Origin: Terriglobales bacterium
GTDB taxonomy: Bacteria; Acidobacteriota; Terriglobia; Terriglobales; SCQP01
Reading direction: 5' to 3'
Assembly (NCBI GenBank): GCA_035531375.1
Contig: DATKSZ010000063.1
Location: 66,021-130,020 of the forward strand
Length of the DNA stretch: 64,000 nucleotides
In this document: in pieces, positions 8,788 through 17,477 of the stretch
Layout: the number at the start of each line of letters is the position of its first letter
How positions within the stretch are numbered: the stretch's first letter is position 1
Made by a program: the position numbers and the translations under genes
The notes under the pieces: model-generated
What the model was told of the DNA's origin: nothing
Seen by the model: only the letters and a program-made list of their open reading frames with translations
The model's database searches: none

Positions 8788-9478
8788 GCGGGCTGAGATG
8801 AGTTTAGCCGATCAGCTGGAGCGGGTGCGGGCGGCGATGGCGGCGGCGTGCGCGCGGCGGGGGCGGAGCGAAAGCGCGGTGCGGCTGCTGGCGGCGACCA
8901 AGACGGTGGCGCCGGAGCGCATTCGGGAGGCGCATCGGCTGGGCCTGCGCCTGTTTGGCGAGAACCGGGTGCAGGAGCGGGAGGCGAAACGGGAGGCGCT
9001 GGCGGACCTGGAGGCGGAGTGGCACCTGCTGGGCCCGCTGCAGGGCAACAAGGCGGCGCGGGCGCTGGCGGGATTCGACCTGATCGAGACGCTGGACTCG
9101 CTGGCGCTGGCGCAGCGGCTGAGCCGGCTGGCTCCGCGCCCGGCGGCGGTGATGCTGGAGATCAACATCGGCGAGGAGCCGCAGAAACACGGGGTGGCGC
9201 CGGCGGCGGCGGAGGAGGTGGCGCGGGCGGTGGCGGCGCTGCCGGGGCTGGCGCTGGGCGGGGTGATGGGCATTCCGCCGGCGGCGGCGGCGGCGGAGGC
9301 GAGCCGGCGGCACTTTGCCGCGCTGGCGGAGCTGGGCGAGCGGGTGCGGCAGGCGGCGGGGGCGGCGAGCGCGGGCTGGGAGCTCTCGATGGGGATGTCG
9401 CACGACTTCGAGGTGGCGATCGAGGAGGGGGCGACGCTGGTGCGGCTGGGACAGGCCCTGTTCGGTTCGCGCCGGTGA
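8786..9478 (+). CDS. yggS: YggS-family pyridoxal-phosphate homeostasis protein
   Basis: LLAATKTVAPERIREAHRLGLRLFGENRVQE contains the Lys-PLP region, followed by LSMGMSHDFEVAIEEGATLVRLG. The start is ATG 8786 or ATG 8798; the upstream part of track ORF 8486..9478 is antisense to tmk. Confidence 0.8.
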   Translation: MRAEMSLADQLERVRAAMAAACARRGRSESAVRLLAATKTVAPERIREAHRLGLRLFGENRVQEREAKREALADLEAEWHLLGPLQGNKAARALAGFDLIETLDSLALAQRLSRLAPRPAAVMLEINIGEEPQKHGVAPAAAEEVARAVAALPGLALGGVMGIPPAAAAAEASRRHFAALAELGERVRQAAGAASAGWELSMGMSHDFEVAIEEGATLVRLGQALFGSRR

Positions 9479-9485
9479 ATTCGGT

Positions 9486-10697
9486 ATGCTGTCTGCAGCC
9501 ATGCACCTGAGCGCCATCCAAGCCGAATTGCGGGCCCGCCATCTCGACGGCTGGCTGTTCTACGACCACCACCACCGCGATCCCATCGCCTACCGCGTCC
9601 TGGGGCTGCCGGCGCAGATGGCGACGCGGCGCTGGTATTACCTGATTCCGGCCGAGGGCGCGCCGCGCAAGCTCGTCCACCGCATCGAGGCGGGCGCGCT
9701 GGACCCGCTGCCGGGGGAGCGGCGGGTGTATGCCCGCTGGGGGGAGTTGGAGGCGGGGCTGCGGGGACTGGTGGCGGAGCTGGGCGCGGCGCCGCGGCTG
9801 GCCATGCAATACTCCCCCGGCTGCGCGCTGCCGGCGATCTCCCTCGCCGACGCGGGCACGGTGGAGACCATGCGGCAACTGGGCTGCCTGGTGCTGAGCT
9901 CGGGCGACTTGATCTCGCGCTTTGACGCCACCTGGACCGCGGCCATGCTGGCCAACCACCGCCTCGCCGGGCGCGGCGTGGACGCCGCCATCGCCGGGGC
10001 CTTCGCGTGGGTGCGGCAGGAACTGGAGGGCGGCCGCCGGCTGGACGAATACCGGCTGCAGCGCTGGCTGGTGGAGCAGATGCAGGCCGGGGGGCTGGAG
10101 GTGGAGGAGCCACCGATCGTGGCGGTGAACGCCCACGCCGGCGACCCGCACTACCAGCCGCCGGAGCAGGGCTCGGCGCCGATCGCGCCCGGCGACCTGC
10201 TGCTGCTGGATGTGTGGGCGAAGGCGCCCGGGGCCGAGAGCGCCTACTACGACGTGACCTGGATGGGCTACTGCGCCCGCCCGGGCGAGGGCGCCGTGCC
10301 GGAGGAGTATGCCCAGGCGTTCGCGGTGGCCCGGGCGGCGCGCGACGCCGGCATCGCCTGCGTCGCCGAACGGCTGGCGGCGGGGCAGAAGCTGCGCGGC
10401 TACGAGGTGGACCGGGCGGTGCGCGGGGTGATCGCCGCCGCCGGGCTGGGCGAATATTTCGTGCATCGCACCGGGCACTCGCTGGGGCGGGAGGTGCATG
10501 CCACCGGCGCCAACCTGGACGACTTCGAGACCCACGACGAGCGCGAGATCCTGGTGGGCAGCGGCTTCACCATCGAGCCCGGCATCTACTGCCCGCAGGG
10601 CAAGCCCTACGGGGTGCGCACCGAGGTCAACCTGTACGTGGGCGAGGGCGGGGCGGAGGTGACCGGTCCCCGCCAGCAGGAAATCGTGAGAATATGA
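9486..10697 (+). CDS. M24 family metallopeptidase (Xaa-Pro aminopeptidase-like)
   Basis: The C-terminal pita-bread motifs HRTGHSLGREVH and GFTIEPGIY are present. ATG at 9486 or 9501. Confidence 0.75.
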   Translation: MLSAAMHLSAIQAELRARHLDGWLFYDHHHRDPIAYRVLGLPAQMATRRWYYLIPAEGAPRKLVHRIEAGALDPLPGERRVYARWGELEAGLRGLVAELGAAPRLAMQYSPGCALPAISLADAGTVETMRQLGCLVLSSGDLISRFDATWTAAMLANHRLAGRGVDAAIAGAFAWVRQELEGGRRLDEYRLQRWLVEQMQAGGLEVEEPPIVAVNAHAGDPHYQPPEQGSAPIAPGDLLLLDVWAKAPGAESAYYDVTWMGYCARPGEGAVPEEYAQAFAVARAARDAGIACVAERLAAGQKLRGYEVDRAVRGVIAAAGLGEYFVHRTGHSLGREVHATGANLDDFETHDEREILVGSGFTIEPGIYCPQGKPYGVRTEVNLYVGEGGAEVTGPRQQEIVRI

Positions 10698-11179
10698 AAC
10701 CAGCGGGAACGCTGTGGGTTTCCCCTCCGTTGTGTGCCATGCCGAGCGAAACTGTGACCAAGCGCGCCACGCCCGCTCCGCCCAGCCGCCCCGCGACCCG
10801 CGCCCCCTCCCAGGGGATGGCGGGGTGGTGGGTGGTGGCGCTGGGCTGGCTGTTGCCCGGCCTGGGCTATTTTGTGAAGCGCAAATGGGTGCGGGGAGCG
10901 CTGGTGTTCGCCTCGGTGGTGGGGATGTTCGGGCTGGGGCTGGCGCTGCGGGGCCAAATCTACGCCTTCAATACCGGCGACGTGCTCGACATCTTGGGCT
11001 GGGTGGGGGATATCTGCGCCGGGACCCTGTATTTCCTGACGCGGCTGCTGGGCGCGGGCGCGGGCAACCCCTACAGCGTGATGGGGGACTACGGCACCAA
11101 GTTTCTCATCGCCGCCGGGCTGCTGAACCTGCTCGCCGCTTCCGACGCCCGCGATGTATTTCTGGGCAGGAAGAAATAG
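10694..11179 (+). CDS. membrane protein, function unknown
   Basis: The ATG overlaps the M24 stop (ATGA). Hydrophobic segments include GWWVVALGWLLPGLGYF, ALVFASVVGMFGLGLAL and FLIAAGLLNLLAA. The start is uncertain (10694, 10739 or later). Confidence 0.5.
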   Translation: MKPAGTLWVSPPLCAMPSETVTKRATPAPPSRPATRAPSQGMAGWWVVALGWLLPGLGYFVKRKWVRGALVFASVVGMFGLGLALRGQIYAFNTGDVLDILGWVGDICAGTLYFLTRLLGAGAGNPYSVMGDYGTKFLIAAGLLNLLAASDARDVFLGRKK

Positions 11180-11185
11180 GCCTGC

Positions 11186-11365
11186 ATGAGCATTTCCCAC
11201 CTGAGCGCGGTCCTGCTGTTCTCGCTGTTCTCCTCCATCGTGTTTGGCATCACCCTGCGCGAGGAGGCGAAGGAGCAGCTGCGCTACGGGCTGCTGGCGT
11301 TCGCTTGGTTTGTCGGCGGCACCGTCGCCGGCGGATGGCTGCTGTTTTTGCTCAACCGGCATTAG
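11186..11365 (+). CDS. small membrane protein (59 aa), absent from ORF track
   Basis: Own translation: MSISHLSAVLLFSLFSSIVFGITLREEAKEQLRYGLLAFAWFVGGTVAGGWLLFLLNRH. It has two hydrophobic helices, starts 7 nt after the previous stop, and shows a GC3-rich codon pattern. Confidence 0.45.
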   Translation: MSISHLSAVLLFSLFSSIVFGITLREEAKEQLRYGLLAFAWFVGGTVAGGWLLFLLNRH

Positions 11366-11378
11366 GAGAAGGAGGCAT

Positions 11379-11795
11379 ATGTACCCGGAATTCATGATCG
11401 CGGAGATGCGCCAGGAACTGGCGCGGCTGGGAGTGGAGGAGGCGCGCACGCCCGAAGCCGTGGACGCGGCCGTGGCCCGGCCGGGGACGACGCTGGTGGT
11501 GGTGAACTCGGTGTGCGGCTGCGCGGCGGGCAAGGCGCGGCCGGGGGTGGCGCTGGCGCTGCAGCGGGAGAAGCGGCCGGACCACGCCATTACGGTGTTT
11601 GCCGGCGCCGACGTGGAGGCGACGGAGCGGGCGCGCGGCTACTTCACCGGGGTGCGGCCCTCGTCTCCGGCGGTGGGGCTGCTCAAGGACGGCAAGCTGG
11701 TGTACATGCTGGAACGGCACCAGATCGAGGGGCGCAACGCGCCCCAGATCGCCGAGGCGCTGAGCGCCGCCTTCGACCAACACTGCTGCGCATGA
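11379..11795 (+). CDS. bacilliredoxin (BrxA/BrxB, YphP/YqiW family)
   Basis: TTLVVVNSVCGCAAGKARP contains the family CGC redox motif, followed by FAGADVEATERARGYFTG and a C-terminal HCC. AGGAGAAGGAGG lies upstream of the ATG at 11379. Confidence 0.8.
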   Translation: MYPEFMIAEMRQELARLGVEEARTPEAVDAAVARPGTTLVVVNSVCGCAAGKARPGVALALQREKRPDHAITVFAGADVEATERARGYFTGVRPSSPAVGLLKDGKLVYMLERHQIEGRNAPQIAEALSAAFDQHCCA

Positions 11796-13078
11796 GCTGC
11801 TGGATCGCCTCGGCCCGCAGCGCGGAGACCGATTTTCCCTTGCACAACCTGCCTTACGGCGCCTTGGCGGCGGCCGGGGGCGAGGTGCACTTGGGCGTGG
11901 CGATCGGGGAGGAGATCCTCGACCTGCGGGCGCTGCGGGAACGGGGAGGTTTGGACCCGCTGCCGGAGGCGGTGCGCCAGGCCTGCGGCGCGCCCTTGCT
12001 GAATCCGCTGCTGGAGCTGGGGCCGGAAGCGGCCAGCCGGCTGCGGCGGCACCTGACCGGCCTGCTGAGCGGGGAGGCGGGGCGCGAGGCCACCGCCGGC
12101 GCGCTGCGGCCCCAGGCCGGCGCCGAGCTGCGGCTGCCGATGGCGGTGGGCGACTACACCGACTTCTACGCCTCCCGCCACCATGCCCGCAACGTGGGGG
12201 CGCAGTTTCGGCCCGACCATCCCCTGCTGCCGAACTACGACTACGTGCCGGTGGGCTACCACGGGCGCAGCTCGTCGCTGGTGGCGAGCCCGGCGGCGGT
12301 GCGGCGGCCGAATGGCCAGCGTCCGAGCCCGGGCAGCACGGGCGCACCCCCGACCTTTGGCCCCAGCCTCCAACTGGACTATGAGGTCGAGGTGGGCGTG
12401 GTGGTGGGGCAGGGCAATCGCCTGGGCGAGCCCATCCCGCTGGGCGCGGCCGAAGGGCATATTTTTGGCCTGTGTCTGCTGAATGACTGGTCGGCGCGCG
12501 ACCTGCAACGCTGGGAGTACCAGCCGCTGGGGCCATTTTTGGGCAAGAACTTCGCCACCTCGCTGTCGCCCTGGGTGGTGACGCTGGAGGCGCTGGCGCC
12601 GTTCCGCCTGCCGCGGCCGGAGCGCGAAGCCGGCGCCCCAGCGCCGCTCGCCTACCTCGACGCCCCCGCGGATCGGGCCGCCGGGGGGCTGGACATGACG
12701 GTGGAGGCGTGGCTGAGCTCGCGCGCCATGCGCGAGCAGGAGCTGGAAGCGGTGCGGCTGAGCCGCAGCAACCTGCGCGACCTGTACTGGACCCTGGGCC
12801 AAATGCTCACCCACCACGCCAGCAACGGCTGCAACCTGCGGCCGGGCGATGTGCTGGGCACGGGGACGCTCTCCGGTCCCGGGCCGGAGGCGCGCGGCTG
12901 TCTGCTGGAACTCACCCAGGGGGGCAAGGGGCCCTTGGTGCTGCCCAGCGGCGAGCATCGCGGCTACTTGGAAGATGACGACGAGGTAACGTTGCGGGGC
13001 TGGTGCGAACGGGCGGGGGTGGGGCGGCTGGGGTGGGGGGAATGCCGTGGCCGCATCTTGCCCGCGCCGGAAATGTAA
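11792..13078 (+). CDS. fahA: fumarylacetoacetase
   Basis: The ATG overlaps the brx stop (ATGA). Motifs include DFPLHNLPYG, GDYTDFYAS, VGYHGRSSS, LDYEVEVG and LLNDWSARD. Confidence 0.8.
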   Translation: MSCWIASARSAETDFPLHNLPYGALAAAGGEVHLGVAIGEEILDLRALRERGGLDPLPEAVRQACGAPLLNPLLELGPEAASRLRRHLTGLLSGEAGREATAGALRPQAGAELRLPMAVGDYTDFYASRHHARNVGAQFRPDHPLLPNYDYVPVGYHGRSSSLVASPAAVRRPNGQRPSPGSTGAPPTFGPSLQLDYEVEVGVVVGQGNRLGEPIPLGAAEGHIFGLCLLNDWSARDLQRWEYQPLGPFLGKNFATSLSPWVVTLEALAPFRLPRPEREAGAPAPLAYLDAPADRAAGGLDMTVEAWLSSRAMREQELEAVRLSRSNLRDLYWTLGQMLTHHASNGCNLRPGDVLGTGTLSGPGPEARGCLLELTQGGKGPLVLPSGEHRGYLEDDDEVTLRGWCERAGVGRLGWGECRGRILPAPEM

Positions 13079-13114
13079 CCCGCCCGAATATGGGACATCG
13101 TATTAGGATGGTGC

Positions 13115-13723
13115 ATGGCCGAACCCGTCGCCGTCGTGGATGAGGACCAGGGTTTGGTGCAGCGGGCCTGCGCTGGCGAACGGGACGCGTTTTACGCCCT
13201 GGTGAGCCGCTACGAACGCGCGCTGTACCGATCGGCGATGGCGATCACCCGCAACCCGGCCGATGCCGAAGAGGTGGTGCAGGAGACGTTTTTGCGGGCG
13301 TACGAGCACTTGGCGCAGTTTCGCGGCGAGGCCAAGTTTCAGACCTGGCTGACGCAGATCGCGCTGAATACCGCGCGCATGAAGCTGCGCAAGAGCCACG
13401 GCGGGCTGTGGGAATCGCTGGACGAGCCGCGGGAGACCGAAGAAGGCCTGCTGCCGCGGGACGTGGCGGAGTGGCGCGAGAACCCGGAACAGCAACTGGG
13501 CCGGGAGGAGATGGAGAGCTTGCTGCACCATGCGCTGAGTGGGTTGCCGCCGGGTTACCGCGAGGTGGTGGCGCTGCGGGATATCCAGATGCTCTCCACC
13601 CAGGAGACGGCGGACATTTTGGGCATGAGCGTGGCCAACGTGAAAACGCGGCTGCTGCGCGCCCGGCTGCAATTGCGGGAGCGGCTGGCGGGCGCCTTGG
13701 GCCGGCGGGGAACAAGCGTATGA
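13115..13723 (+). CDS. ECF-type RNA polymerase sigma factor
   Basis: Region 2 is AFYALVSRYERALYRSAMAITRNPADAEEVVQETFLRAY...FQTWLTQIALN. Region 4 is LPPGYREVVALRDIQMLSTQETADILGMSVANVKTRLLRAR. Confidence 0.85.
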   Translation: MAEPVAVVDEDQGLVQRACAGERDAFYALVSRYERALYRSAMAITRNPADAEEVVQETFLRAYEHLAQFRGEAKFQTWLTQIALNTARMKLRKSHGGLWESLDEPRETEEGLLPRDVAEWRENPEQQLGREEMESLLHHALSGLPPGYREVVALRDIQMLSTQETADILGMSVANVKTRLLRARLQLRERLAGALGRRGTSV

Positions 13724-14445
13724 GCATCAGTTGCCAGCAGTTCCTGGCGTGGATCTCGGACTACGTGGACGGGGAACTGGAGCCGCAACAGGCCGAGGCC
13801 GCGCAGGAGCATCTGCGCGCCTGCGCGCGCTGCCCGGTGGTGCTGGCGACGATGCGGCAGATGCAAGCCATGCTGGGCGACGAGCGCCACTGGGCCATGC
13901 CCGAGGGAGCCAGCCTGCGCCTGCGCCAGGCCCTGGAGCAGGGGCTGGGCGAGCCCCTGGTGCCGGCGGAGCTGCGGCCGGCGGCTACCCCGGTTAGGCC
14001 GCTAGCGAAGCCCAAGCGCAGCCTGCTGGGGTTTGCGGCGGTATCGGGCAGTTGGCGGGCGACCGCCTGGGCGGCGGCGGTGGTGCTGGTGATGCTGGCG
14101 GCGGGGGTGGCGCGCTGGCGCGCCAGCGCCACCACCACCTCGGGCTGGCTCATTGACCAGCACTGCTTCGCAACCTTTCAGAACAAAATTGCCGACCACC
14201 CGCGCAGTTGCCTGCTGCGCTGCGCCGGCAAGGGCTATGGCCTGGTGGACGCCAACGGCCACTTCCTGCCCTTCGACGCCAAGGGCAACCGCTCGGCGCT
14301 GGCTGCGGTGAAGGCCAGCAGCAAGCCCGACCACCTTTGGGTTACGGTGAAGGCCACCATGACCAGCTCGCACGAGTTGGAAGTGCAGGACCTCGAACTG
14401 ACCGCGCCCACCGAGGCGGCCATGGCGGCCGCCACCGCCCGCTAG
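13720..14445 (+). CDS. anti-sigma factor (zf-HC2 type) with TM segment and Cys-containing extracytoplasmic domain
   Basis: The ATG overlaps the sigma stop (ATGA). The N-terminus is CQQFLAWISDYVDGEL...HLRACARC. The TM segment is AWAAAVVLVMLAAGVA. The C-terminal domain (CFATFQ...SCLLRCAGKGYG) is unrecognised. Confidence 0.75.
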   Translation: MSISCQQFLAWISDYVDGELEPQQAEAAQEHLRACARCPVVLATMRQMQAMLGDERHWAMPEGASLRLRQALEQGLGEPLVPAELRPAATPVRPLAKPKRSLLGFAAVSGSWRATAWAAAVVLVMLAAGVARWRASATTTSGWLIDQHCFATFQNKIADHPRSCLLRCAGKGYGLVDANGHFLPFDAKGNRSALAAVKASSKPDHLWVTVKATMTSSHELEVQDLELTAPTEAAMAAATAR

Positions 14446-14472
14446 TCGCGCTGCGCCCAGTTTGTTCTTGCC

Positions 14473-15466
14473 CTAGGGCTTGGCCAGGATCTTCTGGAAG
14501 AAAGCAATGGCGCGGGGGTCTTGCGACTGCCCCAGCCAGAACATCGCCTGCCGGCGCACCGCCGGATTGGGGTTGGTCTGGGCTACCTGGATGAGCAGGG
14601 GCACTCCCTGGGCATGGGGCAATTGGCTGAGGCCGAAGACGGCGCGCCGCTTGACGGCGGTGTCGGGATCGTTGCGCACCGCGTCGGTGATCGCCGCCTC
14701 GGCTTGCCGCCCCGCCTTTTGCAAGAGCCAGAACAGGGCCTGGCTCCGGACGCTGGGGCGGGCATCGAGTTTGGCCATGCGGATGAGCTCGCTCAAGGCC
14801 GCCGGGTCGTGGCTCTGCGCCAGGGCAAAGGCGATGCGCTTGCGCAGGGGCACGGAGGCCGAGGCTCGGTCCAGGCGCTGCAGGGCGAGGAAGCCGGGGT
14901 GGCCGCGCTGGCTGCCCAGCCAAAACACGGCGCGCTCGCGCACGACTTCGGGAGCGGGAGCGGCGGCGAGGGACTCGAGCGCCCGCTCGGCAGCGCTGCC
15001 GGCGGTGAGGGCGATCGCCGCGGTGGCGCTGCTGGCCAGTGCGGGTTCGGAGCCGATCAGGCCGGCCAGGAGCGCGACGCTTTGGGCGGCGCTGACGGCG
15101 TTCAGCCACTCGACCGGCAGGCCGCCGGCATCCAGTTGGCAACCCTGGGAGAAGATGCGCAGTTTTCTGCACTTGGCCGTGCTGTAGCCGGAAGAGCACG
15201 GCGACGGAGCGGGACGGTTGCGAGGACGCGGAGGTGCGGGCGTTGCGGCCGCCCTCGAGATAGGCGACGCCGCAGTCGCCAACGCGGGCCGGCAGCGCCG
15301 GGACGGCGTAGCCCCACCACCGCGGCGTGGGTGAGGCGGCGGCGGCGCGTAGGGCCGCCGCCAAGTCGGCCGGAGCGCTGTGGGCGGAAACTCGGGCGTG
15401 GCGGAAGGGCGGGGCCTGGGCCGCGGCCAAGGCAGAGCCGAATGCAAGGATGAGAAGTGGGCGCAT
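14473..15466 (-). pseudogene. exported HEAT-repeat protein, reading frame broken at an A4/T4 run (about 15163-15166)
   Basis: The N-terminal 100 aa, including signal peptide MRPLLILAFGSALAAAQA, are in the frame of track ORF 14342..16543. The rest (LRIFSQGCQLDAGGLPVEWLN ... HEAT repeats such as RAVFWLGSQRG and RQAMFWLGQSQDP) is in the frame of ORF 14473..15477. Removing one A from CAGAAAACTG joins them as ...GQVQKLRIFSQGC... Confidence 0.7.
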
Positions 15467-15477
15467 GGGCTTGGCAC

Positions 15478-16731
15478 CTATTTGTTCAGCAGTTCCATGA
15501 GGTATTGGGTGGCGGCCTTGGAGTGCATCAGCGAGAGGCAAGTGACCAGTCTGCGCTTCAGTTGGGGATCGGTCTCCTTGCGCGCCAGTCCCACCAGAGC
15601 AGCGGCGCTGTTGTGGAGGAACAGGGCCTGGATGATGGCCTCGCTGGCGGCGCGATCGTGGGCGCCGGTGTAGAGGGCGAGCAGGGCGTCCTGCGCCTTG
15701 GCCGATCCGCTGAGGCCGAGGCTGCGGATGGCGTCGGCGCGCAGGGCGGGGTTCGTTTCGGATTGGGCCAGCGGGATGAGGTGCTCGAGGTCGCCGGTGA
15801 GGCCGAGGGCGCGGATGATCTCGCGCTTGGCGGCGAGCGGCGGGTTGGCTTGGTAGAGCTGCCACAGTTCGGCCTTGCCGCCGGCCAGGGCCAGGTCGCG
15901 GATGGCCTCCTGCTGCAGTTGGGGATTGGCCTCGCCCTGGGCGGCGGCAAGCAGGCGGGCGCGGTCGCCGCCGATCATGTAGGCGCGCAGGATGTCTTGC
16001 TTGGCGGGCAGGCTGGCGGGCCCGGCGTAGATTCGAGCCAGGGCGGCGCGGCCGCGTTCGCCGCCCATCATACCCAGGTAGCGCACTGCCTCCTCGCCCA
16101 GGCCGGGATCGGCGTGGGACTGCGCTACCTGCACCAGGGCGTTGATGGCGCCGGGAGAGTGGTTTTGCGCCAGGACAAACAAGGCGCGCTTTTTGACGGC
16201 AGGCGAGGCGGTGCCCTGGACCAGCTTCTCCAGCAGCGGCAGCGCCTGGGCAGGGTCGGACTGCATCAGGCCGTTGATGGCCAACAGCTTGAGATCGTCG
16301 TTGGGCTGGGTGGCGGGCGAGACGGGCTGGCCGGCGGCTTGGCGCAGCTCCAGCGCCAGGGCCTCGGCATCGTTCTGCCAGGCGCTGTTGGGGAAGGAGC
16401 GCTTCATATCGGCCAGCGCCTTGAGGGCGGCGTTGGCGCGGCCCAGCTTGGATTCGGCGTAGGCCTGCCAGTATAGGGCGGCGTCGGCCTGGTAGCCCAG
16501 GCGCTGCTGGGCATCGTCCATGGCGGCCAAGGCCTTGTTCCACTGGGCGTCATTGATGAAGTCGAGGCCCTGCTGGTATTTCTGGGCGGCCGCGGCCTTG
16601 GCCTGCACCTCGGCGGCCTTGGCTTGCACCGCAGCGGCTTGGGCCGCGGGCGCGGCCGGGGAGGCTTGCGCGGCCAGGCCTGCCGACAGCGCCAGGAGGG
16701 CGAATGGGGAGAAGGGAAGTGGGAGCTTCAT
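15478..16731 (-). CDS. exported TPR/HEAT-repeat protein
   Basis: Signal peptide MKLPLPFSPFALLALSAGLAAQA. A TPR-like N-terminus is followed by repeated HEAT/PBS-lyase-like units (KKRALFVLAQNHSP, EAVRYLGMMGG and others). The ATG overlaps the anti-sigma stop (ATGA). Confidence 0.7.
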   Translation of the reverse strand: MKLPLPFSPFALLALSAGLAAQASPAAPAAQAAAVQAKAAEVQAKAAAAQKYQQGLDFINDAQWNKALAAMDDAQQRLGYQADAALYWQAYAESKLGRANAALKALADMKRSFPNSAWQNDAEALALELRQAAGQPVSPATQPNDDLKLLAINGLMQSDPAQALPLLEKLVQGTASPAVKKRALFVLAQNHSPGAINALVQVAQSHADPGLGEEAVRYLGMMGGERGRAALARIYAGPASLPAKQDILRAYMIGGDRARLLAAAQGEANPQLQQEAIRDLALAGGKAELWQLYQANPPLAAKREIIRALGLTGDLEHLIPLAQSETNPALRADAIRSLGLSGSAKAQDALLALYTGAHDRAASEAIIQALFLHNSAAALVGLARKETDPQLKRRLVTCLSLMHSKAATQYLMELLNK

Positions 16732-17477
16732 AGCGTGCCGTTGCTCTGCTGGGGGTGGAGTTGGGACTGAAGGGACTGATCCGCAACGCGGAGCTTGAAC
16801 AGGATGCCGCTGGAGGCAATGCTGGCCTGCAGGTGCCGCCAGGCAGTCGGCGGGACGCGGCGGGGACAGTGGGCGATCTCCAGCAGCACCGGCTCGAGCG
16901 AGGCAAGCAGGTGGGCCATGGCGACATCGCCGGTGAAGCGGGCGTTCTGCTGGTAGAGGCGGTTGGAGGCGAGCAGGGCGCGAGCCCAGCGCTGCTCGGG
17001 AGCGACATCCACGGCGGCGGTGGCGCCCGGGTCGGAGGCGGCGTGGTCCAGAGCGACCAGAAAGACCTGGGAGCGATCGAGATGTTGGGCGACTGCGGCC
17101 AGCAACAGGGGCGAGGGCGCGGCGGCAGCCTGGGCGGTTGCGGCGGGCGCCGGGGGCCGGGGCGACCGGCGGGCATGGAGGCGCCAGGCCAGGCCGGCCA
17201 CCAGCGCCAGGCTGACGGCAATCGCCCAGGCGCGCGGCAGAAGGCGGAGCGCGGGGCGGACGGGGGAGCCGAGCGAGGCTTGCAGGCGCCGCCAGACTTG
17301 ATCGCCGAGGTCAGCCGGAGGCTCGGGCATGGGGGCGGCGGCGGCGAGCGCCAGCACCTGCTGGAACTCGGCCAGGCGGGCGCGGCAGGGGGCGCAGGCG
17401 GGGAGGTGGCGCTGCAGGCGGGGCGGAGCCAGGTCGAGCGCCAGCGCGGCCAATTGGTCTTCGCTGAGATGCCTCAT
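16728..17477 (-). CDS. anti-sigma factor
   Basis: The ATG overlaps the sigma stop (ATGA). HLPACAPC is a zf-HC2-like motif. There is a single TM segment, AWAIAVSLALVAGLAW. Confidence 0.65.
   Translation of the reverse strand: MRHLSEDQLAALALDLAPPRLQRHLPACAPCRARLAEFQQVLALAAAAPMPEPPADLGDQVWRRLQASLGSPVRPALRLLPRAWAIAVSLALVAGLAWRLHARRSPRPPAPAATAQAAAAPSPLLLAAVAQHLDRSQVFLVALDHAASDPGATAAVDVAPEQRWARALLASNRLYQQNARFTGDVAMAHLLASLEPVLLEIAHCPRRVPPTAWRHLQASIASSGILFKLRVADQSLQSQLHPQQSNGTL

Noticed and set aside
14342-16543. The 733-aa minus-strand ORF, considered as a single gene.
   Set aside because: Only residues encoded by about 15466-15166 (signal peptide plus 100 aa) are credible, forming the N-terminus of the frameshifted HEAT gene. 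The rest is Arg/Pro-rich shadow of the 15478..16731 and 14473..15165 frames.
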